In this document: positions 1-10,251 of the stretch, piece after piece
Numbering within the stretch: position 1 is the first letter of the stretch
How the letters are laid out: every line of letters starts with the position of its first letter
Assembly (NCBI GenBank): GCA_040005235.1
Contig: JBDTZG010000025.1
Location: 13,485-77,484, forward strand
Source of the DNA: Acidobacteriota bacterium
GTDB lineage: Bacteria > Acidobacteriota > Thermoanaerobaculia > Multivoradales > UBA5704
DNA length: 64,000 nt
Direction: 5' to 3'
Notes under the pieces: generated by a model
Told to the model about the DNA's origin: nothing
Seen by the model: the letters and a program-made list of their open reading frames with translations, nothing else
Databases searched by the model: none
Program-made: the position numbers and the translations under genes

Positions 1-266
1 GTCGTCTGTCGGGCGGGAGGGCGAGGGATCTCCCGTCGCGGTGAGTGTGTCGGTCACGAACATTCTCCTTGCTGGGCCAGAAGCGCGCCGTATCGGTGCG
101 CCGGAGCTTACAGGAGCGGGTGGTCCACCACCTCCCCCAGGAACCGCGGTTTGTCCCCGTCTTCGTGATTCCGTCGTCGCGACGGCCAAAGCCGGGCAGA
201 AACAACGGCGGTGCCGATTGCGTAACAGCGATCCAGAGCCGCTCGTCCGGCCGAGGAGGATTTCTG

Positions 267-1175
267 GTGCTTTCGATCCGCAATCTGTCGAAGACCTACG
301 GCAACGGCGTGCGCGCCCTGGTCGACGTTTCGCTGGAAGTCCCCGCCGGCATGTTCGGCCTGCTGGGGCCGAACGGCGCGGGCAAGTCCACGTTGATGCG
401 TACCCTCGCGACGCTCCAGGAGTCCGATTCCGGCTCGGTCCGGTTCGACGGGATCGACGTGCTGCGCGACAAACAGGCGCTGCGCCAGGTGCTCGGCTAT
501 CTGCCGCAGGATTTTGGGGTCTATCCGAAGATCAGCGCCGAGACGATGCTCGACCATTTCGCGGTGCTCAAGGGCCTTGCGAATGGCGGCGAGCGGCGCG
601 CGGTGGTGAAAGCCTTGCTCGAACGGACGAACCTCTGGGCAGTCAAGGATCGCAAGCTCGGTACCTTCTCGGGCGGCATGCGGCAGCGGTTCGGTATTGC
701 CCAGGCGCTGATCGGCGATCCGAAGCTGGTGATCGTCGACGAGCCGACCGCCGGGCTCGATCCGGAGGAGCGGAACCGCTTCTTGAACCTGCTCGCCGAA
801 ATCGGCGAAAACGTTGTGGTCATTCTCTCCACCCACATCGTCGAAGACGTCACCGACCTCTGTCCGCGCATGGCGATCCTGGCCGGCGGCGAGCTGCGGG
901 TGGCCGGCGAGCCGCGCCAGGTGATCGCGGAGCTGGTCGGGCAGATTTGGCAAAAGACGGTGACGAGAGACGAGCTGGCCCGCTACGAGGCGGAGCACGA
1001 GGTGCTGTCGCGGCGCTTGGCCGCCGGCCGGACGGTGATTCACGTCTGGAGCGAGAGCGACCCGGGGGATGGTTTCGAAGGCGTGGCCCCCGATCTCGAA
1101 GACGTCTATTTCCACGCCCTGCGCCGCGCCGAACGCCGCGCCCAAAGCGGTGTCGAGCCGGCTCTTGCGGCCTAA
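267..1175 (+). CDS. ABC transporter ATP-binding protein
   Basis: Walker A GPNGAGKST, signature FSGGM, Walker B IVDEP, H-loop STH; GTG at 267 after GAGGAGG RBS (the track ORF starts at 45). Confidence 0.93.
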   Translation: MLSIRNLSKTYGNGVRALVDVSLEVPAGMFGLLGPNGAGKSTLMRTLATLQESDSGSVRFDGIDVLRDKQALRQVLGYLPQDFGVYPKISAETMLDHFAVLKGLANGGERRAVVKALLERTNLWAVKDRKLGTFSGGMRQRFGIAQALIGDPKLVIVDEPTAGLDPEERNRFLNLLAEIGENVVVILSTHIVEDVTDLCPRMAILAGGELRVAGEPRQVIAELVGQIWQKTVTRDELARYEAEHEVLSRRLAAGRTVIHVWSESDPGDGFEGVAPDLEDVYFHALRRAERRAQSGVEPALAA

Positions 1176-1190
1176 TCTCCCGAGACGATC

Positions 1191-4100
1191 ATGTCCAAGA
1201 ACTTCCGCGAGATCTTCCGTTTCGAGCTCTACCAGACCCTCCGGTCGCCGCTGTTTTGGGGCACCGGGCTGTTTTTCGCCACCATGACGTTCGGCGCCGT
1301 GACGTCCGATTCGATCACCATCGGCGGCGGCATCGGCAACGTGCAGCGGAACGCTCCGTTCGTCATCCTCCAACTGCTTTCGGTGATGAGCGTAATCGGA
1401 GTCTTCGTCACCACCGCGTTCGTCGCGGGTGCCGCGCTGCGCGATTTCGAGCGCGGCACGCACGAGCTGTTCTTTTCGAAGCCGATGGCGAAACTCGATT
1501 ACTTGGGCGGACGGTTCGCCGGTTCGCTGGTCGCCTCGACCGGCGTGATGGTGCTCTGTTCGCTCGGGATTCTGATCGGCAGCTTCATGCCCTGGCTCGA
1601 CGCGGAGCGGATCGGGCCGACGCTCGCCGGGCCGTATCTGTTCGCGCTCGCCTTACTGGTGATCCCCAATCTGCTGCTCACCGGCGCGCTGTTCTTCGCG
1701 CTCGCCGCGGCGTCGCGCAGTTGGCTGGTCACCTACGTCGCCGTGGTGGTCTTTTTCGCCGGCTTCTTCATCGCGTCGTTGATGCTCGGAGACGTCGATC
1801 ACCAGACGCTCGGCGCGCTGCTCGATCCGTTCGGCGCCTCGGCGATCAACCTCGCCACGCGCTATTGGACGGTCGCCGACAAGAACACCGCGTTGCCGCC
1901 GCTCTCCGGCATTCTGCTGTGGAATCGGCTGATCTGGACTGGCGTCGGGCTGGCCGTACTTTCGCTGAGCTTCGCCACCTTCCGCACCTCGGCGGGGGCG
2001 CCGACCTACGGCGCGTTGGGGCGGCAGATGCGCCGGCGGAAGAAGACCGAGGCGGGCGCCGTAGAGCCGCAAGTGCGTCTCGCGCCCGTCGCGGTGCCGG
2101 CGGCCTCGCGCGATTTTTCCTCGGGCCGGAACCGCTCGCTGTTTTTCCATGCGCTGCGCCGCGAAACCGTCGGGGTATGGAAGAGCATTCCGTTCGTGGT
2201 CATGCTCGCGTTCGGCATGTTCAACCTGGCGGGCAGCTCCGTCGTGCGTTTCGAGCGCTTCGGCACGAAGGTCTATCCGGTGACCGCGTTGATGTTGGAC
2301 AACATCCAGGGGAGCTTCGTCTTCCTGCTGGTGATCATCGTCACGCTCTACGCGGGCGAGCTGGTCTGGCGCGAGCGCGAGCTCAAAGTCGCGGAAGTGA
2401 CCGACGCGCTGCCCGTGCCGAGCTGGGTGCCGCTGCTGTCAAAGATCGGTGCGCTGTGGATCGTGATCCTCACCTTTCTAACCGTCGGTGGCTTGACCGC
2501 GATCGGCATTCAACTTTCGCAAGCATACACCCACGTCGAGCCGAGCCTGTACGCCAAGGGGCTGGCGATCGATGCGGTGCGCTTTCTGCTCGCCGCGGTT
2601 CTCGCGGTGTTCTTCCAGGTGCTGTGCAATCAGAAATTCTTCGGCTATCTGGCGATGATCCTGTTCCTGATCAGCCAGACGGTGCTCGCGTCGCTCAACT
2701 TCGATCACCGGCTCTATCGCTTCGCCGATGTGCCTTCGATGACCTATTCGGACATGAACGGCTACGGCCATTTCCTTCAGGGTTTCGCCTGGTTCAATCT
2801 CTATTGGGCCTGCTTCGCGCTCCTGCTGCTGGTGGGGGCCGTCCTGTTTTGGGTGCGGGGGAGCGAGAGCGTCTGGCGGCTTCGGGCGCGCGAGGCTAAG
2901 GCCCGCTTCCGCGGCCCCTGGCGCGCGCTCGCGGCGGCGGGTCTGGTGGCTTGGGTCGCGATCGGCGGATGGATCTTCTGGAACACCAACGTGTTGAACG
3001 CCTACGTGCCGACCGATGAAAAGGAGCACCGCCAGGCGGAGTACGAAAAGCAGTACCGGAAGTACAAGGATCTCGTCGCCCCCCGGATCGTCGACGCCGA
3101 GGCGAACGTCGACATCTTTCCCGACGAGCGGCGGGTGGAGATCGCCGGCCGCTATGTCCTCAAGAACAAATCGAACCGGCCGGAGGATACGATCCACCTT
3201 CAGCTCGATCCGCAGGTGAAGGTCCGGCGACTGTCGCTCGATCCGAAGTGGCGAACCCATTTCGACGAGGTACAAGGCTATTCGATCTACAAGCTGCCGG
3301 TTCCCCTCGCGCCGGGCGCCACGATGGAACTTTCGTTCCAGCTGACGGCGGAGGAAAAGGGATTCGTCACGCAGGATTCCCAGACCTCGCTGGTCTACAA
3401 CGGAACGTTCTTCAACAACGGCCAGTTTTTCCCCGCGCTCGCCTACGACGAATCGCGCCAGCTCCAGGATCGCAACGACCGCCGGAAGTACGGCCTGCCG
3501 CCGGCCGTGCGGATGGCGAAGCTCGAAGACGCCAACGCCCGGCGCAACAACTACCTCTCCGGCGACGCCGACTGGATCGGGTTCCGCGCCACGGTTTCGA
3601 CCAGCGCGGATCAGATCGCGCTCGCGCCGGGGTATCTAAAGCGCGAGTGGAGGGAGGGGAACAGGCGCTACTTCCGCTACGAGATGGACCGGCCGATCCT
3701 CAATTTCTACTCGTTCCTCTCGGCGCGTTGGGCGGCCAAGAAAGACGTCTGGCACCCGGGGAAGGAGAACGTCGCGATCGAGATTTATTACGATCCGGCG
3801 CACGCCTACAACGTCGATCGGATGATCGATTCGGCGAAGAAGTCGCTCGACTATTTCACCGCGAAGTTCTCTCCCTACCAGCACCACCAGGTGCGGATCC
3901 TCGAATTCCCGCGCTACGCGAGCTTCGCGCAGTCGTTTCCGAACACCATTCCTTATTCGGAGAGCATCGGCTTCATCGCCGACCTTCGCGACCCGGAGAA
4001 CATCGATTACGTTTTCTACGTCACGGCCCACGAGGTCGCCCACCAATGGTGGGGTCACCAGGTGATCGGCGGCGCGGTCCAGGGCGGGACGATGCTTTCC

Positions 4101-4835
4101 GAAAGCCTCGCGCAATACTCGGCGCTGATGGTGATGAAGAAGGAGTACGGCAAGGAAAAGATGCGGCGCTTCTTGAAGTACGAGCTCGACCAGTATCTCC
4201 AGGGGCGCGGCGGCGAGCTGATCGAGGAGATGCCCCTGATGCGGGTGGAAAACCAACCGTACATCCACTATCGCAAAGGAAGCCTGGTCTTCTACGCCCT
4301 CCAGGAAGCGATCGGCGAAGAGACGGTCGATCGAGCTCTCTCGCGCTATGTCGGAGAGGTGGCGTTCCAGGAGCCGCCCTATACCTACACGCCGGATCTG
4401 ATCAAGATTCTGCGCGAGGTGACGCCTCCGGGAGATCAGGGTTTGATCACCGACCTGTTCGAGACGATCACGCTCTACGACCTGCGCGCGACGACCGCCA
4501 CCTGGACGAAGCGGGCCGACGGAAAATATCTGGTGAAGCTCGCGGTCGATGCCAAAAAGCTGCACGCCGACGGCCGGGGAGTCGAGTCGCCGCTGGCGCT
4601 CGACGATTCGATCGACATCGGGGTCTTCGGCGAGAAGGAAGCGAAGACGAAGGGCGGAAAGAAGGAAGAGACGGTGCTCTATCTCGCGAAGCACCGGCTC
4701 ACGCAACCGATCTCAACGTTCGAGCTGGTGGTGGACGCCAAGCCCATCGAGGCGGGGATCGATCCGCTCAACAAGCTGGTCGATCGCACCTCGGACGACA
4801 ACCGGATGAAGGTGACGGCGGCCGGCACTTCCTAG
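1191..4835 (+). CDS. ABC-2 permease / M1 aminopeptidase fusion protein
   Basis: N-terminal half has many TM helices in two permease-like blocks; C-terminal HEVAH...ESLA (HExxH-x18-E) and the YRKG tyrosine motif of M1 peptidases. Confidence 0.9.
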   Translation: MSKNFREIFRFELYQTLRSPLFWGTGLFFATMTFGAVTSDSITIGGGIGNVQRNAPFVILQLLSVMSVIGVFVTTAFVAGAALRDFERGTHELFFSKPMAKLDYLGGRFAGSLVASTGVMVLCSLGILIGSFMPWLDAERIGPTLAGPYLFALALLVIPNLLLTGALFFALAAASRSWLVTYVAVVVFFAGFFIASLMLGDVDHQTLGALLDPFGASAINLATRYWTVADKNTALPPLSGILLWNRLIWTGVGLAVLSLSFATFRTSAGAPTYGALGRQMRRRKKTEAGAVEPQVRLAPVAVPAASRDFSSGRNRSLFFHALRRETVGVWKSIPFVVMLAFGMFNLAGSSVVRFERFGTKVYPVTALMLDNIQGSFVFLLVIIVTLYAGELVWRERELKVAEVTDALPVPSWVPLLSKIGALWIVILTFLTVGGLTAIGIQLSQAYTHVEPSLYAKGLAIDAVRFLLAAVLAVFFQVLCNQKFFGYLAMILFLISQTVLASLNFDHRLYRFADVPSMTYSDMNGYGHFLQGFAWFNLYWACFALLLLVGAVLFWVRGSESVWRLRAREAKARFRGPWRALAAAGLVAWVAIGGWIFWNTNVLNAYVPTDEKEHRQAEYEKQYRKYKDLVAPRIVDAEANVDIFPDERRVEIAGRYVLKNKSNRPEDTIHLQLDPQVKVRRLSLDPKWRTHFDEVQGYSIYKLPVPLAPGATMELSFQLTAEEKGFVTQDSQTSLVYNGTFFNNGQFFPALAYDESRQLQDRNDRRKYGLPPAVRMAKLEDANARRNNYLSGDADWIGFRATVSTSADQIALAPGYLKREWREGNRRYFRYEMDRPILNFYSFLSARWAAKKDVWHPGKENVAIEIYYDPAHAYNVDRMIDSAKKSLDYFTAKFSPYQHHQVRILEFPRYASFAQSFPNTIPYSESIGFIADLRDPENIDYVFYVTAHEVAHQWWGHQVIGGAVQGGTMLSESLAQYSALMVMKKEYGKEKMRRFLKYELDQYLQGRGGELIEEMPLMRVENQPYIHYRKGSLVFYALQEAIGEETVDRALSRYVGEVAFQEPPYTYTPDLIKILREVTPPGDQGLITDLFETITLYDLRATTATWTKRADGKYLVKLAVDAKKLHADGRGVESPLALDDSIDIGVFGEKEAKTKGGKKEETVLYLAKHRLTQPISTFELVVDAKPIEAGIDPLNKLVDRTSDDNRMKVTAAGTS

Positions 4836-4840
4836 ACGAT

Positions 4841-4869
4841 CCGGCGTGCCTCTCGGGAGCGCACGCCGG
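4841..4869. terminator. Hairpin between convergent genes
   Basis: CCGGCGTGC...GCACGCCGG inverted repeat between the stops at 4835 and 4880. Confidence 0.5.
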
Positions 4870-4879
4870 AGACTCGACT

Positions 4880-6649
4880 TTAGACGAAGCCTTGCATCTT
4901 GACGTATAGGTCCACCCGCTTCTGACGAAGCTTGCCGGGCTGATATTTCACCAACCATTCCTCCGGCTTCTCTTTGAGGAAGAGGTTGCCGTCATCCGAG
5001 GGGTGGCCCCCATTCGTGGTCGCTTCGACCACGGAGCGGAAATAGTAATGGTTGAAGATCCGGTTGAACTCGGTGAAATAGATGTCGGCCACCCGAAGAT
5101 CGCCGCGGATGACGAGCATGTTTTCGTCGTTCGATTTGGTCGAAGCGTCGCTGAAGTTCGCCGAGCCGGTGACCACGATCGGATCGGCGCCGAGCGGGTC
5201 TCGGAGGAGGAACTTCGAGTGGACGTAGCTTACGTGATGATTGAGCCCCAGCAGGCCGGCGTTCGTCTCTTTCGTCCACTGGTAGACGGGTTCGCGAAGA
5301 AACGAGCCCCACGCCTGGTAGGCGTTGTTCGAGGCGTTGATCGCGACGAACACTTCGGCGCTCTGGGGGTTCGGGACATCCTTTTTTTCGAGCAAGAGAA
5401 AGGTGATGGGGCTGGTGGCGTCGTGCGCCAGAAGTTTTTCCTTGAACTCCTTGTTGATCCCGAATGCGAGGGTGATGCAGGCAAGGTCCGCGGCCGTGTC
5501 GACCAGCGCGAAATAGGTATCGAGAATCGCGAGCTGGGAGCGGGGGCTGAACACGGGAGTCACCCCCGGTAGGACGCCTTCGACCGACGGCGGCACGAGA
5601 CCGAGCGCCTCGACGGCGGCCAACAGCGCGGTGTTCTCGCGCCGCACGTCGGCGGTCGGCTCGCCTTTCTTTCCTCCCGGATCGGTGCTCAACAAGTGCC
5701 AATAGGCGTCGAATCTCACCGCGAGGTCGGGGTTGCGCACCCAATGCCCGACGTTGGTCTGGCCGTGGATGCCGCCGAGCGACAGGTTCGTCGATCCGGT
5801 CCAAACTTCGGTGGGCTTCCGCGTCTTGCCTTTTTCCAGCACCATGAACTTGTTGTGCTGAATATTGGACGCCCTTGCTTCGCGCCAGACGATGCGGTCT
5901 TCGGGAATCTTCGTCGCCGCGACCATCTTCTTGTTGTCCTCCCGCGGGAAGCTCGGGCTGTCGGCGGTTGCGTTGACCTTTCCGTCGAGAATCAGCCGCA
6001 CGTCGACCCCGCGGTCGATCGCCTCCTTGAGCGCCAGGGCCACCGGCTCGTAGCGGAATTCGTAGAAGCAGCCGAGCAGCCCGTCGCCCTTTTTCGCCTG
6101 GTGGATGAACTTGAGGATCGCGTCGTCGAGATCGCGGCTCAGCCAGTCGAGTGCCTCCTGGTCCTTCGGAGGAAGGAGCTGGTCGGGCGGCAGGTTCTGG
6201 AATTTCCGCGCGTACGCCTGGCTGCTCGCCACACCCCGGTTGAAGAAGACGTCGTGCTCCAGCTTGCCGAAAAGGGGCTCGGTCTTGACGTGGATCGGGA
6301 TCGGCTTGGCGCTCCGGTCGAGGTTCTTGGGCTGGCCGCGCAGAGGGTAGAAGAAATATTCGTACCGCCGGCCGGGCTTGGCGGTGAAGTCGTCCCAGAC
6401 TAGGCTTTGCACGGGATGCTCGAAGGTGCTCACTTGGGTTTCTTCGTCCGGATGGGGGATGACCGAGGGGAACACCTTGAAGCCGGGCATGAAGTAGCGC
6501 TGTTTTTCTTTCGGGTCCAGGCGCTCGACCGCGAAACCCAGAAGACCTTTCCGTGCCGCCTCGCTCGCCTGGATCGCAAACGAGATCGTGTTGATCCCCG
6601 AGACCGCGAACACCTGAAACCCGCCATGCTTGGCCGATTTGAATCGCAC
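4880..6649 (-). CDS. Phospholipase D / Nuc-like superfamily protein (two HKD motifs)
   Basis: HNKFMVLE...TGSTN and HSKFLLRD...TGSANFS...NDEN; GTG at 6649 with AAGGAAAG RBS. Confidence 0.88.
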   Translation of the reverse strand: MRFKSAKHGGFQVFAVSGINTISFAIQASEAARKGLLGFAVERLDPKEKQRYFMPGFKVFPSVIPHPDEETQVSTFEHPVQSLVWDDFTAKPGRRYEYFFYPLRGQPKNLDRSAKPIPIHVKTEPLFGKLEHDVFFNRGVASSQAYARKFQNLPPDQLLPPKDQEALDWLSRDLDDAILKFIHQAKKGDGLLGCFYEFRYEPVALALKEAIDRGVDVRLILDGKVNATADSPSFPREDNKKMVAATKIPEDRIVWREARASNIQHNKFMVLEKGKTRKPTEVWTGSTNLSLGGIHGQTNVGHWVRNPDLAVRFDAYWHLLSTDPGGKKGEPTADVRRENTALLAAVEALGLVPPSVEGVLPGVTPVFSPRSQLAILDTYFALVDTAADLACITLAFGINKEFKEKLLAHDATSPITFLLLEKKDVPNPQSAEVFVAINASNNAYQAWGSFLREPVYQWTKETNAGLLGLNHHVSYVHSKFLLRDPLGADPIVVTGSANFSDASTKSNDENMLVIRGDLRVADIYFTEFNRIFNHYYFRSVVEATTNGGHPSDDGNLFLKEKPEEWLVKYQPGKLRQKRVDLYVKMQGFV

Positions 6650-6778
6650 AGTCCGCCCCCTTTCCTTACGTCGCGTCGTTCTCGACCGAAATTCAGTCTC
6701 TCGTAAAGGTCGCGATCTAAGAGTAGGACTGCGCCTCGGCATCCGTCAAGCGGGCTGGCTCCGCGTAGAATCCCCTTC

Positions 6779-9481
6779 GTGGAGCTGCTTTCGACACACG
6801 TCGGCGCCGATTTCGACGCTCTGGCCTCGGTGCTGGTCGCCCGGCGCCTGCACCCGAACGCCGAGATCTTCTTTCCCGGCTCGCGGGAGGCGTCGGTGCG
6901 CCGGCTGCTCGCTTCCGGGTCCGTAGAATTCGCCGAGCTGCGCCAGCGGCAGATCGATCCGGCGAAGATCGACAAGGTGATCCTCTGCGACGTCCGCCAG
7001 CGTGACCGGATCGGCAAGCTGGGGGAGTGGTTGGAGGAACGGCCGGAGATCGAAGTTTGGGCGTACGACCACCACGCGGACGGGGACCTGGAAATCTCCG
7101 GCGGCCGGGTCGATCCCGCTGTTGGCTCGACCTCGACGATCCTCGCCGAGCTGTTCGCCGAGCGGGATCTTGCGCCGACGGCGACTGAGGCGACGCTCCT
7201 CCTGCTCGGGATCTACGAGGACACGGGGGCACTCACCTATGCCACGACCCATTCGCGCGACCTGGAGGCGGCGGCCCGGCTGCTGCGCCAGGGAGGAGAC
7301 CTCGCGATCGTCCGCCGCTTTGCGAGCGCGGCGCTCGACCCGGAGCGGCTCGACCTTCTGCACCAGATCGCCCGCTCGCTCGAAGTCCACCGCATCCATG
7401 GCCACCGCGTCGGTTTGGCCGAGATTGATCTCCCGAACTATGTCGAAGAGCTGGCGCCGCTCGTTTCCAAAAGCCTCGATCTGTTCGGTCTGCCGACGAT
7501 GTTCGTCCTGTTCGCCTTCGAGGAGCGCGTCCTGGTGGTCGGCCGGGGCGACGCGGCGGGAGTCGATCTTGGCCGGATTCTCGGCGGTTTGGGAGGGGGA
7601 GGGCACTCCACCGCGGCCTCCGTGCGCCTTCTCGGTTCGCTGGTCGAGGTGCGAGAAAGGCTGCTCCTAGAGCTGGAGCGGCGCCTTCCCCCGGCAGCCC
7701 GGGCGCGCGACCTGATGGTGTCGGCAAGCGTGTCGCTCCATCCCGGCTCGACCATCGATCAAGCCAAGGAGAGGCTCCGGATCGGCGGCGTGAACGCCGC
7801 TCCGGTGCTCGACGGCGAGGGCCGGGCGATCGGCGCCGTTACCCGTCAACTGCTCGACGCGGCGCTCCAGCACGGGTTGGGGGACCGCTCGATCGAGACG
7901 GCGATGACGAAAGACCTCGCCTGGGTGCCCGCCGACGCGCCGGCCGACGACGTGGGGCGGCAGATGCTCGCGCTCCAGCCGCGCTTCGTTCTGGTGGGGG
8001 ATGCGAGCGACGGACGACCGCTGGGTCTCGTCACCCGCATGCAGCTGCTCCACTATCTGGGCGCGCGGCTCGATCTCGAAAACGAACCAGGAAGTCCGTC
8101 GGGCGCCGGGGGAGCGCTCCGCGTGGCAGGAGCGCGCGAGGGCCATCCCGAGCGGCACCGCGCCGCGCAGCGCGAAGCGGCGGAGCTGCTCTCCCGCTCG
8201 ATCGACCCGGTCACCCGAGAAACCATCGATCGGATCGCCGCCGTCGCTCGCGCCGAGCAGACCCCCGTTTATCTGGTCGGCGGCTTCGTCCGCGACTTGG
8301 CTCTCGGCCAAGAGAATCGCGATCTCGATCTGGTGGTCGAGGGAGACGGCCCGGCGTTCGCTCAAAGCTTGGGCCGCGCGCTTGATGCCCCCGTCCGAGT
8401 CCACGAGGCTTTCCTGACCGCGGTGGTCCGGATGCCGGGTGGCGAGATCGATGTGGCGACCGCGCGCAGCGAGTTCTACCGTGCCCCGGCGGCGCTGCCC
8501 GAAGTGGCCAGCTCCGCCCTACGCCAAGATCTTTACCGCCGCGACTTCACGGTGAACACTCTGGCGATCCGGCTGGGGCCGGAAAGCGCTCCCGAGCTGA
8601 TCGACCCCTTCGGCGGCCGGCGCGATCTGGAGGCCGGTGTCCTCCGCGTCCTTCACAGCCTTTCCTTCCTCGACGATCCCACCCGCGCGCTGCGAGCCGT
8701 CCGTCTGGAACGCCGGCTCGGCCTCCACCTCGTGCCCGAGACCGAGCGGCTGATCGGCATTGCGCTCAAAGAAGGGGCGTTCGACCGCCTCTCCGGAGCC
8801 CGCCTCCGCGCGGAGCTGGATCTCCTCCTCGCCGAACCGGCGATTGCGCTGCCCGGGCTCGAACGCCTCGCCGCATTGGGGGTCCTCGGAGCGATCGAGC
8901 CCCGGCTGGTTCACGATCGAACCCTGGCCCCCGAAGCGGCAGCCCGCCTCCGCGCCGCCCTCGCCGCCTGGGATTGGTACCGCCTGGAAGGGCACGACGA
9001 CCGGCCAGTCGATCTCGCCGAGCTGCTGGGCCTCGCGCTCAGCATCGATCTTCCCCTCGACGCCCGAAGACGCCTGGCCGATCGGCTGGCTCAGAACGGA
9101 CCGATCCGCGCAAGGCGCCTCGGAGCGGCGGAGGTCGTCCAAGGCGCGCTCGGAGCACTCGAAGAAAACGCCCGTCCGAGTCACGTCTCGACCGCGCTTT
9201 CGAACCTTCCCGGCGAAGAGCTGTTGCTCGCTTTCGCCGCAACCGACGAAACCGGCCGCGCCTGGATTCGCCGCGACCTCGCCGAGCTGCACAACCTCGA
9301 ACCCTCGATCCGCGGCGCCGACCTGATCGCGGCCGGAGTCCCAGAAGGCCCCGCCCTCGGCTCGGCGCTCCGGGCGGTCAAAAGCGCGTTGCAGGATGGA
9401 GAATTGGCGACCGGATGGGAGACGGAAATGGCGTTCGCGTTGGGAACGATACCTGTAGCCACCGTGGAGGAGTCGCTGTGA
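6779..9481 (+). CDS. DHH-DHHA1-CBS domain tRNA nucleotidyltransferase (CCA/A-adding type)
   Basis: DFDA, DHH, DTG and GGGH motifs; two CBS domains; class II NTase motifs LVGGFVRD, DLD, RRDFTVN, DDPTR. Confidence 0.88.
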   Translation: MELLSTHVGADFDALASVLVARRLHPNAEIFFPGSREASVRRLLASGSVEFAELRQRQIDPAKIDKVILCDVRQRDRIGKLGEWLEERPEIEVWAYDHHADGDLEISGGRVDPAVGSTSTILAELFAERDLAPTATEATLLLLGIYEDTGALTYATTHSRDLEAAARLLRQGGDLAIVRRFASAALDPERLDLLHQIARSLEVHRIHGHRVGLAEIDLPNYVEELAPLVSKSLDLFGLPTMFVLFAFEERVLVVGRGDAAGVDLGRILGGLGGGGHSTAASVRLLGSLVEVRERLLLELERRLPPAARARDLMVSASVSLHPGSTIDQAKERLRIGGVNAAPVLDGEGRAIGAVTRQLLDAALQHGLGDRSIETAMTKDLAWVPADAPADDVGRQMLALQPRFVLVGDASDGRPLGLVTRMQLLHYLGARLDLENEPGSPSGAGGALRVAGAREGHPERHRAAQREAAELLSRSIDPVTRETIDRIAAVARAEQTPVYLVGGFVRDLALGQENRDLDLVVEGDGPAFAQSLGRALDAPVRVHEAFLTAVVRMPGGEIDVATARSEFYRAPAALPEVASSALRQDLYRRDFTVNTLAIRLGPESAPELIDPFGGRRDLEAGVLRVLHSLSFLDDPTRALRAVRLERRLGLHLVPETERLIGIALKEGAFDRLSGARLRAELDLLLAEPAIALPGLERLAALGVLGAIEPRLVHDRTLAPEAAARLRAALAAWDWYRLEGHDDRPVDLAELLGLALSIDLPLDARRRLADRLAQNGPIRARRLGAAEVVQGALGALEENARPSHVSTALSNLPGEELLLAFAATDETGRAWIRRDLAELHNLEPSIRGADLIAAGVPEGPALGSALRAVKSALQDGELATGWETEMAFALGTIPVATVEESL

Positions 9482-10251
9482 ACCGCCTTCACCCCTGGCC
9501 CCTCTTTCTGTTTTCCTTTCTGACGCTTTTGCCTTTTTCCGTCGTTCTGGCTCAATCCATCGAGCCCCAAGTTGCCGTTCCGGTCGAACCCATCCGCACG
9601 GAACCGGCGGACGCTCCCGCCCAAGCGACGGAACACGCCCCGGCCCCGATCGTCAACGGCGACCCGCGCGAAGTTCAAATCTTCCGTTACGACTGCGAAA
9701 GCGATCTCGAACGGCGCGAAGTCACCCTCTTCGCGAGCGGCACGGTCCGCCTTCGCTTAGGCCCTCCCGGCCACGAGCGAATGGGCCTCGCGGAGCTGGG
9801 TCCCGACGGCCTCGCCGGGGCGATCCATCGTCTCGAAGAAGAAGACCTCTCCCAAATCGGCGATCTACCGCAGACCCTTACCGGAGCTTGGATTCCCCAC
9901 TGCGCCTTGCGCCTCGCGATCTCCGGCCGGCCGATCCAAGAGCTGCGCTTCGGCAAAGAAGACGCCCTGCCGCTCGCCCTATCGCGCGTCGTCGCGGTGA
10001 CCGACAGCGTGGCCGCCGAAGTGACCCTGATCGAAGGGGACCAACGCCTGCCGGAAGGCTACGAGCCGGCGCGCTTCGATCGCCTCCGCCGCGCCGACGG
10101 CGTCCTGTTCGAAATCCAAAGCCTGACCGACGACGGCAAAGGGGTCGAGCTGCGAGCGGTCGACCAACCGCTCGCCATGTACATCGCGATAGATCAGCTG
10201 CGCCAACTGTTCGTCCAGCTCGAACCCCGCTTCGGAAGCCGCACCCCTTGA
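9478..10251 (+). CDS. Exported hypothetical protein
   Basis: GTGA overlap with the upstream stop, GGAGG RBS, hydrophobic signal peptide ending VLA-Q. Confidence 0.7.
   Translation: MNRLHPWPLFLFSFLTLLPFSVVLAQSIEPQVAVPVEPIRTEPADAPAQATEHAPAPIVNGDPREVQIFRYDCESDLERREVTLFASGTVRLRLGPPGHERMGLAELGPDGLAGAIHRLEEEDLSQIGDLPQTLTGAWIPHCALRLAISGRPIQELRFGKEDALPLALSRVVAVTDSVAAEVTLIEGDQRLPEGYEPARFDRLRRADGVLFEIQSLTDDGKGVELRAVDQPLAMYIAIDQLRQLFVQLEPRFGSRTP

Noticed and set aside
41-2899. 952-aa ORF and many other long Arg/Pro/Gly-rich overlapping or antisense ORFs (e.g. 36442-38547, 43982-45883, 42005-44284, 47587-49689)
   Set aside because: Shadow frames of real genes in high-GC DNA; no recognisable motifs
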